Origin: Spirochaetia bacterium
GTDB lineage: Bacteria; Spirochaetota; Spirochaetia; UBA9216
Assembly (NCBI GenBank): GCA_965140585.1
Contig: OZ223270.1
Location: 384,001 to 448,000 of the forward strand
DNA: 64,000 nucleotides
Direction: 5' to 3'
The position numbers and the translations under genes were made by a program. The notes beneath the pieces were generated by a model that worked only from the letters and a program-made list of their open reading frames with translations, was not told the DNA's origin and did not search any database. Below, one piece after another: positions 47,065-55,563 of the stretch (its first letter is position 1; each line of letters opens with the position of its first letter).

Positions 47065-48501
47065 TTATAGTTTCAGAGTGTACATTATACCAAGTGAGAT
47101 ATCGTAAATAAAGCGGTTTTCACCTTCCTGCGGCTTCCATATGCCGGCCTCACCGGAGACGACATCCTCAAGCGCCAGTTCATTCATCACATACCCAAGG
47201 GTACAGCCTAACGACAATGTGAAATTAAAGAGTTCTGCTTTAGCCTCAAAGACCGATTTAATTGTATGCTCTAAAACATCTTCATCAAGGAATTTAGAAC
47301 CGGTATTATCGTGCCAGCTGTCTTCATGCCAGGGATTTGATGGAGATTTGCTTCCTGATATCACATACTCAAGACCGGCAAGATAATCAATTGGAATATT
47401 CTGAAAGAAATTCCATGTATTTGAATATTCAGCCTGAACTGCAGCACAGTTTTCACCGTATTTGAAACCAAGATAATTATCAGTGTAGTCAATTGCCCTT
47501 GTTTCTCCGTCCACAGTGTAGGTATCAAGAGGATAATAGGTGTACTGATAAGGATATACATTGTAATCTGAGCTTGTTGTATACGTGGACTCAAAGACAT
47601 ATTTCAAAGCAAGCGCGGCATCAAATGAAAACTTACCGTAATCCGTATTTATTCTACCGCCGCCAGCCCATGCCATTTTATGCGGCTGCCAGGGGTTGTC
47701 TTCATTAAGCCAGTGCAGATTGAAATCATCTATAAGCCATTGTCCGAAGTAGTACATATCTGCATAGTTATAGTCCGCAAAGAATCCCATAATATAGTTT
47801 TCATTGGATGTGGTTTCCCAGGGTCTGCCGTCTGAAATTTTTGTATACTGAATAAAATACTGCGGAATAGGGCTGATAAAATACTCTGCGTCAAATGAGC
47901 GGTCTACGTAAACGGCCGACTCCTGAAGCCCTATCCTGAAATCACCGATTTTAAGTCCGTAGACTTTTAGGTTAGCACCACGATCAACATCATAAATAGC
48001 AGAATTCTCGTTGAGACGTATCCACCTTGTTTCATAGAAAAAAAGTTTACCATCGTAGGAGAAATCGGCAATGAATGCGGGATTTTTATTACCGTTTACG
48101 AAGAGGGCATAATCAGAATCAAAAATATCCGAGTGTTCCTTCTGCCCTGCAGTAAAGGAAAAATCATTAAACCAGAAGCTAAGGTATCCGCTTCTCATCA
48201 TTGAATAGTATCCGCCGACATCGCCCTCAGGCAGGGCAGCAGGGTCCGCTCCATATTTGCCGTCATTGGCCACAGCAAGATCCGCATTCAGCTGAAAATA
48301 AGGGAGTGTAAAATCAAGAATGAAATCTCCCTGATTGTAATATCCAACAGTATCGTTGATATGATTATCAATGGAGAAAGCAAGGTCGAGGAAACCTTTT
48401 TCAGAACTTGATGAATCTGTCTCTGATTCCACAGATTCTGATGAGAAGATAAATCCGGTAAATAATAAAAGAAAAGCGGGAAGTAAAAGTAGTTTTTTCA
48501 T
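47065..48501 (-). CDS. Secreted/outer-membrane protein, Wzi-like
   Basis: Signal peptide, aromatic-rich beta strands, LIDDF and LGFKYG motifs shared with the neighbouring Wzi-like gene. Confidence 0.55.
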   Translation of the reverse strand: MKKLLLLPAFLLLFTGFIFSSESVESETDSSSSEKGFLDLAFSIDNHINDTVGYYNQGDFILDFTLPYFQLNADLAVANDGKYGADPAALPEGDVGGYYSMMRSGYLSFWFNDFSFTAGQKEHSDIFDSDYALFVNGNKNPAFIADFSYDGKLFFYETRWIRLNENSAIYDVDRGANLKVYGLKIGDFRIGLQESAVYVDRSFDAEYFISPIPQYFIQYTKISDGRPWETTSNENYIMGFFADYNYADMYYFGQWLIDDFNLHWLNEDNPWQPHKMAWAGGGRINTDYGKFSFDAALALKYVFESTYTTSSDYNVYPYQYTYYPLDTYTVDGETRAIDYTDNYLGFKYGENCAAVQAEYSNTWNFFQNIPIDYLAGLEYVISGSKSPSNPWHEDSWHDNTGSKFLDEDVLEHTIKSVFEAKAELFNFTLSLGCTLGYVMNELALEDVVSGEAGIWKPQEGENRFIYDISLGIMYTLKL

Positions 48502-48510
48502 AGTTTTTCC

Positions 48511-50151
48511 TTATAAAAAGTCAATAAAGTTCTTCAGCGTGAAAATAACATGAGCAGCGATTTCAATATCATTCCGTTCTGCGCTTTCAATATGGTTATA
48601 GTTGTTTATTACAGACCAGTAAAAATCAGCGCCGAAGCTCAAGAACTCAAACATCTTATATGTACCGTACAGGTTAAAAATATGTGAGGCTTCCACCGTT
48701 CCGGTCGGAGTAATATCATCAGAAGCCGGAGCCCATGAGTCAGTGATCATTTTTTCACCCTGCTGAAGGTAGGTGTAATCAATGCCGACAGAATATTTAT
48801 TCTGAACATCATATTTAAATGTTAAGTACCAGACTATTGAATCAGGGCCGTATTTATATCCAATAGGCTTTGTTATGTATTCATACTGATCAGTTACCAG
48901 AGACCAGTATCTTCTGACATTGTAATAATATGGAGAAGCTTTCCTATTATACATCCACGGAGAAGTCAAAACCCATTCAGCTCCGTATGACAAGTAGCCA
49001 TCACCAAGCGGATAAGCACCCTTACCGCCTGCCATGTAGCCGAATACCGGAGGCCCGCCCCCACCATCACGATCAGATTCATATTCAGTAGCAAATTCAT
49101 CCATAGCAACTTGTCCGTAAATATTGAAATATTTCCACGGATTAATTGAGACTTCTGCAGACAGCAATGAATTACATCTTTCCGTATCAAGCCAGTTGTG
49201 AAAGATCATCAAGTAATTCGAATCATGAATAAGACTGTAATCTTCATCAAAAGTTACTGATTCAGCTATTGCAGCCTGGACACGGCCGTCCCAGAAACGG
49301 GCTTCAAAGCGGTGCCCCATAAAGGCGGCATAATCTATGGACGTATCATCGTAACTGAATGGTTCCAGAACTGAATACACGCTGGTAAATGTGAAATTTT
49401 CTGATCTGAACTTCATCTGCAGAAAATCGTAATATGTGCTGTAGTCAGATAGCATCAGGTTACCCGAAAGACCGTTGCCCCATGAAAGCTGGTCGCGGCC
49501 GAAGTAAATATCCCACCATTCACCGCCGAATGATGAAACAGCCCGGAAGGGCGCGTAAATATCAATTCTTGGACTTGGATCGTCAAAGATCAGATTGGAA
49601 TAGTTATAGGCCACATCTTCGGTATCAGGAGAAGTTACAGTTCTGTATTCCTCCTTCACCTCAATATCCATAATCATGTACAGAGACTCGGCAAACCAGA
49701 ACTCCAGAGGTATATCAAGAAACGACGAGCGTTCATCATAGCCGTGATTCCACTCATAACTCTGAGCGGCTTCTTCTTCGGTGTCTTCCAGTTCAAAGTG
49801 ATAAAAGCCTTCAGGAGTTAAAATGAGATCGGTATTGAACTGATAATTATCTTCATTCACAAGCAGCTCATCTTTTTCAATAAACTCCTGTATATTATCA
49901 TAAGCCTGTTTTCCTGCCTCTGAAAGTTTCCGGTAGTGAACCTTTGATAAAGAATCTTTCACTTCCTGATAAGTCCAGGGTCTTGCAGTTTCCGGCTGAG
50001 CCAGCCCAGACTCGTAATAGAGATTATCAATCAAACGGTACAAATCAGAAGAAACAGGAAGTACCGTCCTCATATTCTGGGCAGATACTAATCCCGCAGT
50101 CAGACTTAATACAATGATCAGAATAAAGAAAATTGGTCGATTTCTGTTCAC
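48511..50151 (-). CDS. Capsule assembly Wzi family outer-membrane protein
   Basis: ARPWT, FGRDQLSWGNG...LMLSD, GHRFE, IGYKYGPDS. Confidence 0.72.
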   Translation of the reverse strand: MNRNRPIFFILIIVLSLTAGLVSAQNMRTVLPVSSDLYRLIDNLYYESGLAQPETARPWTYQEVKDSLSKVHYRKLSEAGKQAYDNIQEFIEKDELLVNEDNYQFNTDLILTPEGFYHFELEDTEEEAAQSYEWNHGYDERSSFLDIPLEFWFAESLYMIMDIEVKEEYRTVTSPDTEDVAYNYSNLIFDDPSPRIDIYAPFRAVSSFGGEWWDIYFGRDQLSWGNGLSGNLMLSDYSTYYDFLQMKFRSENFTFTSVYSVLEPFSYDDTSIDYAAFMGHRFEARFWDGRVQAAIAESVTFDEDYSLIHDSNYLMIFHNWLDTERCNSLLSAEVSINPWKYFNIYGQVAMDEFATEYESDRDGGGGPPVFGYMAGGKGAYPLGDGYLSYGAEWVLTSPWMYNRKASPYYYNVRRYWSLVTDQYEYITKPIGYKYGPDSIVWYLTFKYDVQNKYSVGIDYTYLQQGEKMITDSWAPASDDITPTGTVEASHIFNLYGTYKMFEFLSFGADFYWSVINNYNHIESAERNDIEIAAHVIFTLKNFIDFL

Positions 50152-50175
50152 TTTTTAAACTCCGATATAAATTTA

Positions 50176-51246
50176 TTATCTTTCGGTATAATTCTGTTCC
50201 ATCCACTTAAGATACTCGCCGGATTTTACAGTCTCAATCCATTCCCGGTTTTCCAGATACCATTTAACGGTCTCTTTTAGGCCGGAATCAAAACTGTAAG
50301 CCTGCTTCCATTTGAGTTCAGTTTTCAGCCTGGAACAGTCGATTGCATAACGTCTGTCATGACCGGGTCTGTCCTTAACATAGGTTATCAGCTTTTTATA
50401 GTAAACCTTTTCCTTACCTTTCAGTTCTGCAACGATTTCACAGAGACTGTTAACCAGCCTGATATTCTCCCACTCGTTTTCACCGCCGATATTGTAGGAA
50501 CGGCCGGTCTCTCCATCATTAACTATAGCCCAGACCGCGGAATTGTGATCTTCAACATAGAGCCAGTCGCGAACATTCTTACCGTCACCGTATACCGGCA
50601 GAGGTTTCTCTGTGACCATGTTTTCAATCATTACAGGGATTAGCTTCTCGGGAAACTGATAGGGGCCATAGTTGTTGGAGCAGTTTGAAAGGGTGATAGG
50701 CATTCCGTATGTGTGATTGTAGGCCCGCACAAGATGATCAGATGAAGCCTTGGCGGCAGAGTAAGGACTCCTCGGATCATATGGAGTATCCTCATGGAAA
50801 TAGCCTTCATCTCCAAGACTTCCATAGACCTCATCGGTACTTACATGGTGGAAGAGCTTTCCTTCAAAATCACCCCAATGCTCCCGTGCTGACTCAAGGA
50901 GGTTGAATGTTCCGTTGATATTGGTTGTGATAAACTGTCCAGGCTCGGTAATTGAACGATCAACATGACTTTCAGCCGCAAGATGTATAATTGTGTCTAT
51001 TTCATAATGCTTTATAACATTGTCAATTTCTGGTTTATCCCTGATGTCGACTTTTTCAAAGAAATACCGCTCACCGCCGAATTCTTTATCTATATCATAA
51101 AGGCTGTAGGGATTTCCTGCATAGGTAAGAGCATCAAGATTGATAATCTTTCCGTTAAAATCAGTCTTCTTAAACATATAGCGGATGAGGTTTGATCCGA
51201 TAAATCCGGCACCGCCGGTCACGAGTATGTTAGTTAGTTTTCTCAT
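50176..51246 (-). CDS. rfbB: dTDP-glucose 4,6-dehydratase
   Basis: GGAGFIG, AAESHVDRS, STDEVYG, YSAAK, DRPGHDRRYA. Confidence 0.97.
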   Translation of the reverse strand: MRKLTNILVTGGAGFIGSNLIRYMFKKTDFNGKIINLDALTYAGNPYSLYDIDKEFGGERYFFEKVDIRDKPEIDNVIKHYEIDTIIHLAAESHVDRSITEPGQFITTNINGTFNLLESAREHWGDFEGKLFHHVSTDEVYGSLGDEGYFHEDTPYDPRSPYSAAKASSDHLVRAYNHTYGMPITLSNCSNNYGPYQFPEKLIPVMIENMVTEKPLPVYGDGKNVRDWLYVEDHNSAVWAIVNDGETGRSYNIGGENEWENIRLVNSLCEIVAELKGKEKVYYKKLITYVKDRPGHDRRYAIDCSRLKTELKWKQAYSFDSGLKETVKWYLENREWIETVKSGEYLKWMEQNYTER

Positions 51247-51548
51247 AGTATTTTTATTCCTTTCTTTTTTATTTCCGGTATTATAGGAAGTTGTGAATTA
51301 TCAAAATCATATTTGGAAAAGCCCAATGCATCAAAACGTATATCATATTCCTTTGCTTTGGCAAAAATTTCTCGTGGATTAAACTCATTTTCATCAACTA
51401 TTACAGCCAAATCAATATCACTCCAGGAATCATAAGATCCTTCTGAATAAGAACCAAATAAAAAAATATTCTGGATTTTGTATTCTTTTTTTAACTCATC
51501 ACAGAACCTTTTGATAGTTATACGAATGGAATCATCGATTTCAACCAT
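51243..51548 (-). CDS. Minimal nucleotidyltransferase (MNT), HEPN-MNT partner
   Basis: LFGSYSEG...SDIDLAV, C-terminal EIKKKGI; AAGGAG SD; stop overlaps the rfbB ATG. Confidence 0.9.
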   Translation of the reverse strand: MVEIDDSIRITIKRFCDELKKEYKIQNIFLFGSYSEGSYDSWSDIDLAVIVDENEFNPREIFAKAKEYDIRFDALGFSKYDFDNSQLPIIPEIKKKGIKIL

Positions 51549-52765
51549 TGATAAATCTCCTTTCCATTTTCTAAAATATATGCTGAACGTGTTTTATCAA
51601 CATCTTTTGACAGAGACTTTATTCTCTCACCATATTTGCTTGCTATATAATAATATGATAGATCATTAAATAGTTCTTTTCTCTCTTCTTCAATTTTTAT
51701 ACCAAATCCATTTGCTAATCTTAATAAATCATGTATCCGCGGGACAGAAATACCATTATATTCATATAAAGCTTTTAGTGCTTTTTCAATACATTGTTGT
51801 ACTGTAATTAAGACATAAAGATACCTGCCTGAATCATGCATGGATGATGCCGTCTCTATATCATATTCTGCATGTTCAATCCAGTTTTCCACTCTTGAAA
51901 ACAGCTTATTACATTCCTTCAGAAATTTCTCAAGGCTTTCCTGCCAGGATTCAACCTGGTATCCAAAGACCTTTTTAACTTTTTCCTTGGAAAGAAGCGA
52001 ATATTCAGGACGCTTTACCTTGGCTGGGAATTCATCGCTTGTACAGGTGGCAACATTGCATTCACTGGTAATCAGGCTCAGCTCGCTGCCTAACTTGTAG
52101 ATTTCAGAGGCGAAGTCAAACCAGGTGCACTGATTTTCTCCGGACAGGTGATAAAGTCCGTATTCTCTTGAATCAGACTGGATTATTTTGCTGATTAGAC
52201 CTGTAAGCAATCTTGTCCAGGTCGGAGAACCATGCTGATCATTAACTACCTTTATAGACTCACGGCTGTTCATAAGTTTTATCATTGTAAAGACGAAGTT
52301 GGGTCCGTACTGGCCATAGAGCCAGGCAGTCCGGATGATAAAATGCATGCTGTTACTGGCGGTAATTGCATTTTCACCTTCGAGTTTACTCCGGCCATAG
52401 ACTGAGACTGGTTCTGTTTGTGCCTCTTCGGAAAGTGGAGTGCTGCTGCTACCGTCAAAGACGTAGTCCGTTGATATATGGATGACCGGTATTCCAAGCT
52501 CTGCGGATAGCTTACCGATATTCCCGGCACCGTCACGATTAAGCGCATAGGCTAATTCGCTTTCCTCCTCCGCCTTTTCAACTGCCGTATAGGCGGAACA
52601 GTTCACAATCCAGTCCGGTTTCTTTGCTTCCGCATATTCTTTCAATGCTTCAGGTTCAAGAATTGAGACTTCCCGGTCTGTTCCGCAGAAATCCAAGCCG
52701 GCCTGCTTAAACTCCTCAGACAGCTCTGTGCCGAGCATTCCCTTATTACCGATAATCCAGATCAT
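51518..52765 (-). CDS. rfbD: dTDP-4-dehydrorhamnose reductase with in-frame C-terminal HEPN domain
   Basis: aa 1 to about 285 RmlD (GNKGMLG, AYTAV, STDYVFDG, YGRSK, KRP); about aa 290-415 HEPN (W..AEYDIETA, QQCIEKALKA, PRIHDL). Confidence 0.9.
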   Translation of the reverse strand: MIWIIGNKGMLGTELSEEFKQAGLDFCGTDREVSILEPEALKEYAEAKKPDWIVNCSAYTAVEKAEEESELAYALNRDGAGNIGKLSAELGIPVIHISTDYVFDGSSSTPLSEEAQTEPVSVYGRSKLEGENAITASNSMHFIIRTAWLYGQYGPNFVFTMIKLMNSRESIKVVNDQHGSPTWTRLLTGLISKIIQSDSREYGLYHLSGENQCTWFDFASEIYKLGSELSLITSECNVATCTSDEFPAKVKRPEYSLLSKEKVKKVFGYQVESWQESLEKFLKECNKLFSRVENWIEHAEYDIETASSMHDSGRYLYVLITVQQCIEKALKALYEYNGISVPRIHDLLRLANGFGIKIEEERKELFNDLSYYYIASKYGERIKSLSKDVDKTRSAYILENGKEIYQWLKSMIPFV

Positions 52766-53307
52766 TTTAAGTCCTTAAGAAATGGAAGTCTTTCATCTTT
52801 GTCAGAGACAGAGGGGATTATTCCATTCAACGGCCATTGCACAGCAACTTCGGGATCATTCCATTTGATCCCGCCGTCAGCTGTCGGTGCATACTCTGCA
52901 GTACATTTGTACAGAAAGTGGGTATTGTCTGTCAGTGTCAGAAAGCCGTGGGCAAACCCAGGAGGGATGTAAAACATCTTTCCGTTTTCCTCGGTTAACT
53001 CAACGCCAACCCATTTTCCATAAGTTCCCGACACTTTACGAAGATCAACTCCTACGTCCCAGACTGCACCTTTTACAACCCTCACAAGCTTTCCCTGGGC
53101 ATGGGGGTCTGTCTGAAAATGCAAGCCTCTAAGAACACCCTTTGAAGAGAGAGAGTGGTTATCCTGAACAAAGTCTGCAGTTATTCCAGCGCTTACAAAT
53201 TCAGACTTTTTATAAGTTTCCATAAAAAAACCGCGGTCATCGGGGAATTTCCGCGGTTCTATTATCACAAGTCCTTTAATATCAGTTTTAACAAAATTAA
53301 AAGGCAT
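52762..53307 (-). CDS. rfbC: dTDP-4-dehydrorhamnose 3,5-epimerase
   Basis: DDRGFFME, QDNHS, LRGLHFQ, GFAHGF. Confidence 0.97.
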   Translation of the reverse strand: MPFNFVKTDIKGLVIIEPRKFPDDRGFFMETYKKSEFVSAGITADFVQDNHSLSSKGVLRGLHFQTDPHAQGKLVRVVKGAVWDVGVDLRKVSGTYGKWVGVELTEENGKMFYIPPGFAHGFLTLTDNTHFLYKCTAEYAPTADGGIKWNDPEVAVQWPLNGIIPSVSDKDERLPFLKDLK

Positions 53308-53322
53308 TATCGGATACTCCGT

Positions 53323-54195
53323 TTATTTCAATGTGTCAATGTAGTTTAGCAGATACTGTCCGTAAGTTGATTTTGCGAGAGAATCTGCAAGAGCCTGGAG
53401 CTGTTTCTTATCAATGAAGCCCATCTTATAAGCTATTTCCTCTATACAGGATATTTTAAGGCCTTGACGATCTTCTATAGTCTTAACGTAGTTTGTCGCA
53501 TCAACAAGTGAATCGTGGGTTCCGGTATCAAGCCAGGCAAAACCACGGCCCATAAGCTGAACTTTTAGCTCGTTGATTTTGAGATATTCGTTATTAACTG
53601 TTGTGATCTCAAGCTCTCCGCGGGCCGAAGGTTTGATATTATGTGCAATATCAACAACCCTGTTATCATAAAAATAAAGGCCTACAACAGCATAATTTGA
53701 TTTAGGTTCGGCTGGTTTTTCTTCAATGGATAAGGCAGTGCCGTTTTCATCAAAATCGACAACACCGTAGCGTTCGGGATCCTTAACCCAGTATCCGAAT
53801 ACTGTAGCCCCTGATTTCTGTGCTGCGGCTTCCTGAACCATCTGGGAAAAATGATGTCCGTAGAAGATATTATCACCAAGGATTAGACATACAGAGTCAT
53901 CACCGACGAAATCCTTTCCGAGAATAAAAGCTTCTGCTAATCCATTCGGGGCATCCTGAATCCTATATTTAATATTCAAGCCAAGATGTGAACCGTCTTT
54001 GAATAATTCTTCAAACCTTGAAGTATCCTGAGGAGTTGATATTATCAGGATATCCTTGATGCCTGCCAGCATCAGTGTGGAAAGCGGGTAATAGATCATC
54101 GGCTTGTCATATACAGGAAGAAGCTGCTTGCAGACAACCTGTGTAGCTGGAAAAAGTCTGGTACCGGAACCTCCGGCAAGTATTATACCTTTCAC
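53323..54195 (-). CDS. rfbA: Glucose-1-phosphate thymidylyltransferase
   Basis: [37 protein letters not shown]. Confidence 0.97.
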   Translation of the reverse strand: MKGIILAGGSGTRLFPATQVVCKQLLPVYDKPMIYYPLSTLMLAGIKDILIISTPQDTSRFEELFKDGSHLGLNIKYRIQDAPNGLAEAFILGKDFVGDDSVCLILGDNIFYGHHFSQMVQEAAAQKSGATVFGYWVKDPERYGVVDFDENGTALSIEEKPAEPKSNYAVVGLYFYDNRVVDIAHNIKPSARGELEITTVNNEYLKINELKVQLMGRGFAWLDTGTHDSLVDATNYVKTIEDRQGLKISCIEEIAYKMGFIDKKQLQALADSLAKSTYGQYLLNYIDTLK

Positions 54196-54216
54196 TTTTT
54201 ATACTCCTTAAAAATG

Positions 54217-55521
54217 TTATTTACGACCAACACCTTCATAGGTAAATCCCTCTTTTACTACAAGTTCGGGATCAAGAAGGTTTCTGGTATCAAGAATGAT
54301 ATTACTCTTCATAACCTCTTTTACTCTGGTGAGGTTTAATCCTCTGTACTCATTCCATTCAGTAATGATAATCAATGCATCAGCACCCTTTGCGGCATCG
54401 TAGGCGCTGTGACAGTACATGATATCAGGATAGAGTTTTGAAAAATTATCCATCCCCTTCGGATCATGTGCCTGAACAAGACCCTTTTCAGCAAGTATTT
54501 CTTTTACAATAGTAATCGCCGGACTTTCACGGATATCATCTGTCTGCTGTTTAAACGCAAGCCCCAGAACAGCTATTGTTTTGCCTTCGAGCCCGCCGGT
54601 AAGCTTTGACAGTTTTTCAACCATTCGTGTCTTCTGTTTCTCATTTGTTTCAATAACTGATTCAATCAGGTTCATCTGAACACCGTATTTTTTACCAAAA
54701 CTTGCAATTGCCTTTGTATCCTTGGGAAAACAGCTTCCACCGTACCCGGGACCCGGATGCAGAAACTTGGGACTGATACGGCCGTCCATTCCCATTGATT
54801 TTGCTACCTGATGAATATCCGCACCTACCGCTTCCGATAAATTGGCAATTTCATTTATAAAGGTGATTTTTGTAGCAAGAAAAGCATTAGACGCGTATTT
54901 TATAAGCTCGGCTGTTTCAAGATTGCACCATACAAATGGAACACTTATCAGGTTCAGGCTGCGGTAAACTTCAAACATAACGTCTTTAGCCTTTTCGGTT
55001 GAATACCCAATAACGGTCCTGTCAGGATGAAAAAAGTCTTGTGTGGCACGGCCTTCCCTGAGGAATTCAGGGTTTGAAACAACATCGAAATCAGAATGCC
55101 CCACTTTCTCTTTGAGCGTCTCATAAATCCAGCGATTTGTTCCGACAGGCACGGTTGATTTTGTTACTACAACCTTATAACCAGTCATGTTCTGAGCTAT
55201 AGATTCAAGAACAGCTTCAACATAGCTTAAATCCGCTTCCATGTTCGGCTTTTCAGGAGTTCCTACAGCGATAAAAATAACATCAGCTTCTTTAATAGCA
55301 GTGTTTATATCAGATGTAAAATCGAGTCGTCCCGATTCAAGGTTTCGTCTCAGGTAATCCTCAACACCCGGTTCGTATATTGGAGAAACTCCGTTTTTAA
55401 GAAGTTCAATCTTCTTTTCATCAAGGTCTACACCGGTTACCTGATTTCCGAAATCAGAAAGACCTACCGCGGCAATCAGACCTACATAGCCGGTTCCTAC
55501 TACACATATTTTTTTTGCCAT
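54217..55521 (-). CDS. ugd: UDP-glucose/GDP-mannose 6-dehydrogenase
   Basis: GTGYVG, KSTVPVGT, NPEFLREG, GYGGSCFPKD. Confidence 0.93.
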   Translation of the reverse strand: MAKKICVVGTGYVGLIAAVGLSDFGNQVTGVDLDEKKIELLKNGVSPIYEPGVEDYLRRNLESGRLDFTSDINTAIKEADVIFIAVGTPEKPNMEADLSYVEAVLESIAQNMTGYKVVVTKSTVPVGTNRWIYETLKEKVGHSDFDVVSNPEFLREGRATQDFFHPDRTVIGYSTEKAKDVMFEVYRSLNLISVPFVWCNLETAELIKYASNAFLATKITFINEIANLSEAVGADIHQVAKSMGMDGRISPKFLHPGPGYGGSCFPKDTKAIASFGKKYGVQMNLIESVIETNEKQKTRMVEKLSKLTGGLEGKTIAVLGLAFKQQTDDIRESPAITIVKEILAEKGLVQAHDPKGMDNFSKLYPDIMYCHSAYDAAKGADALIIITEWNEYRGLNLTRVKEVMKSNIILDTRNLLDPELVVKEGFTYEGVGRK

Positions 55522-55563
55522 TTATTTAACCTCTTATTTTGGAAAGTATATATTGTTTTCATT

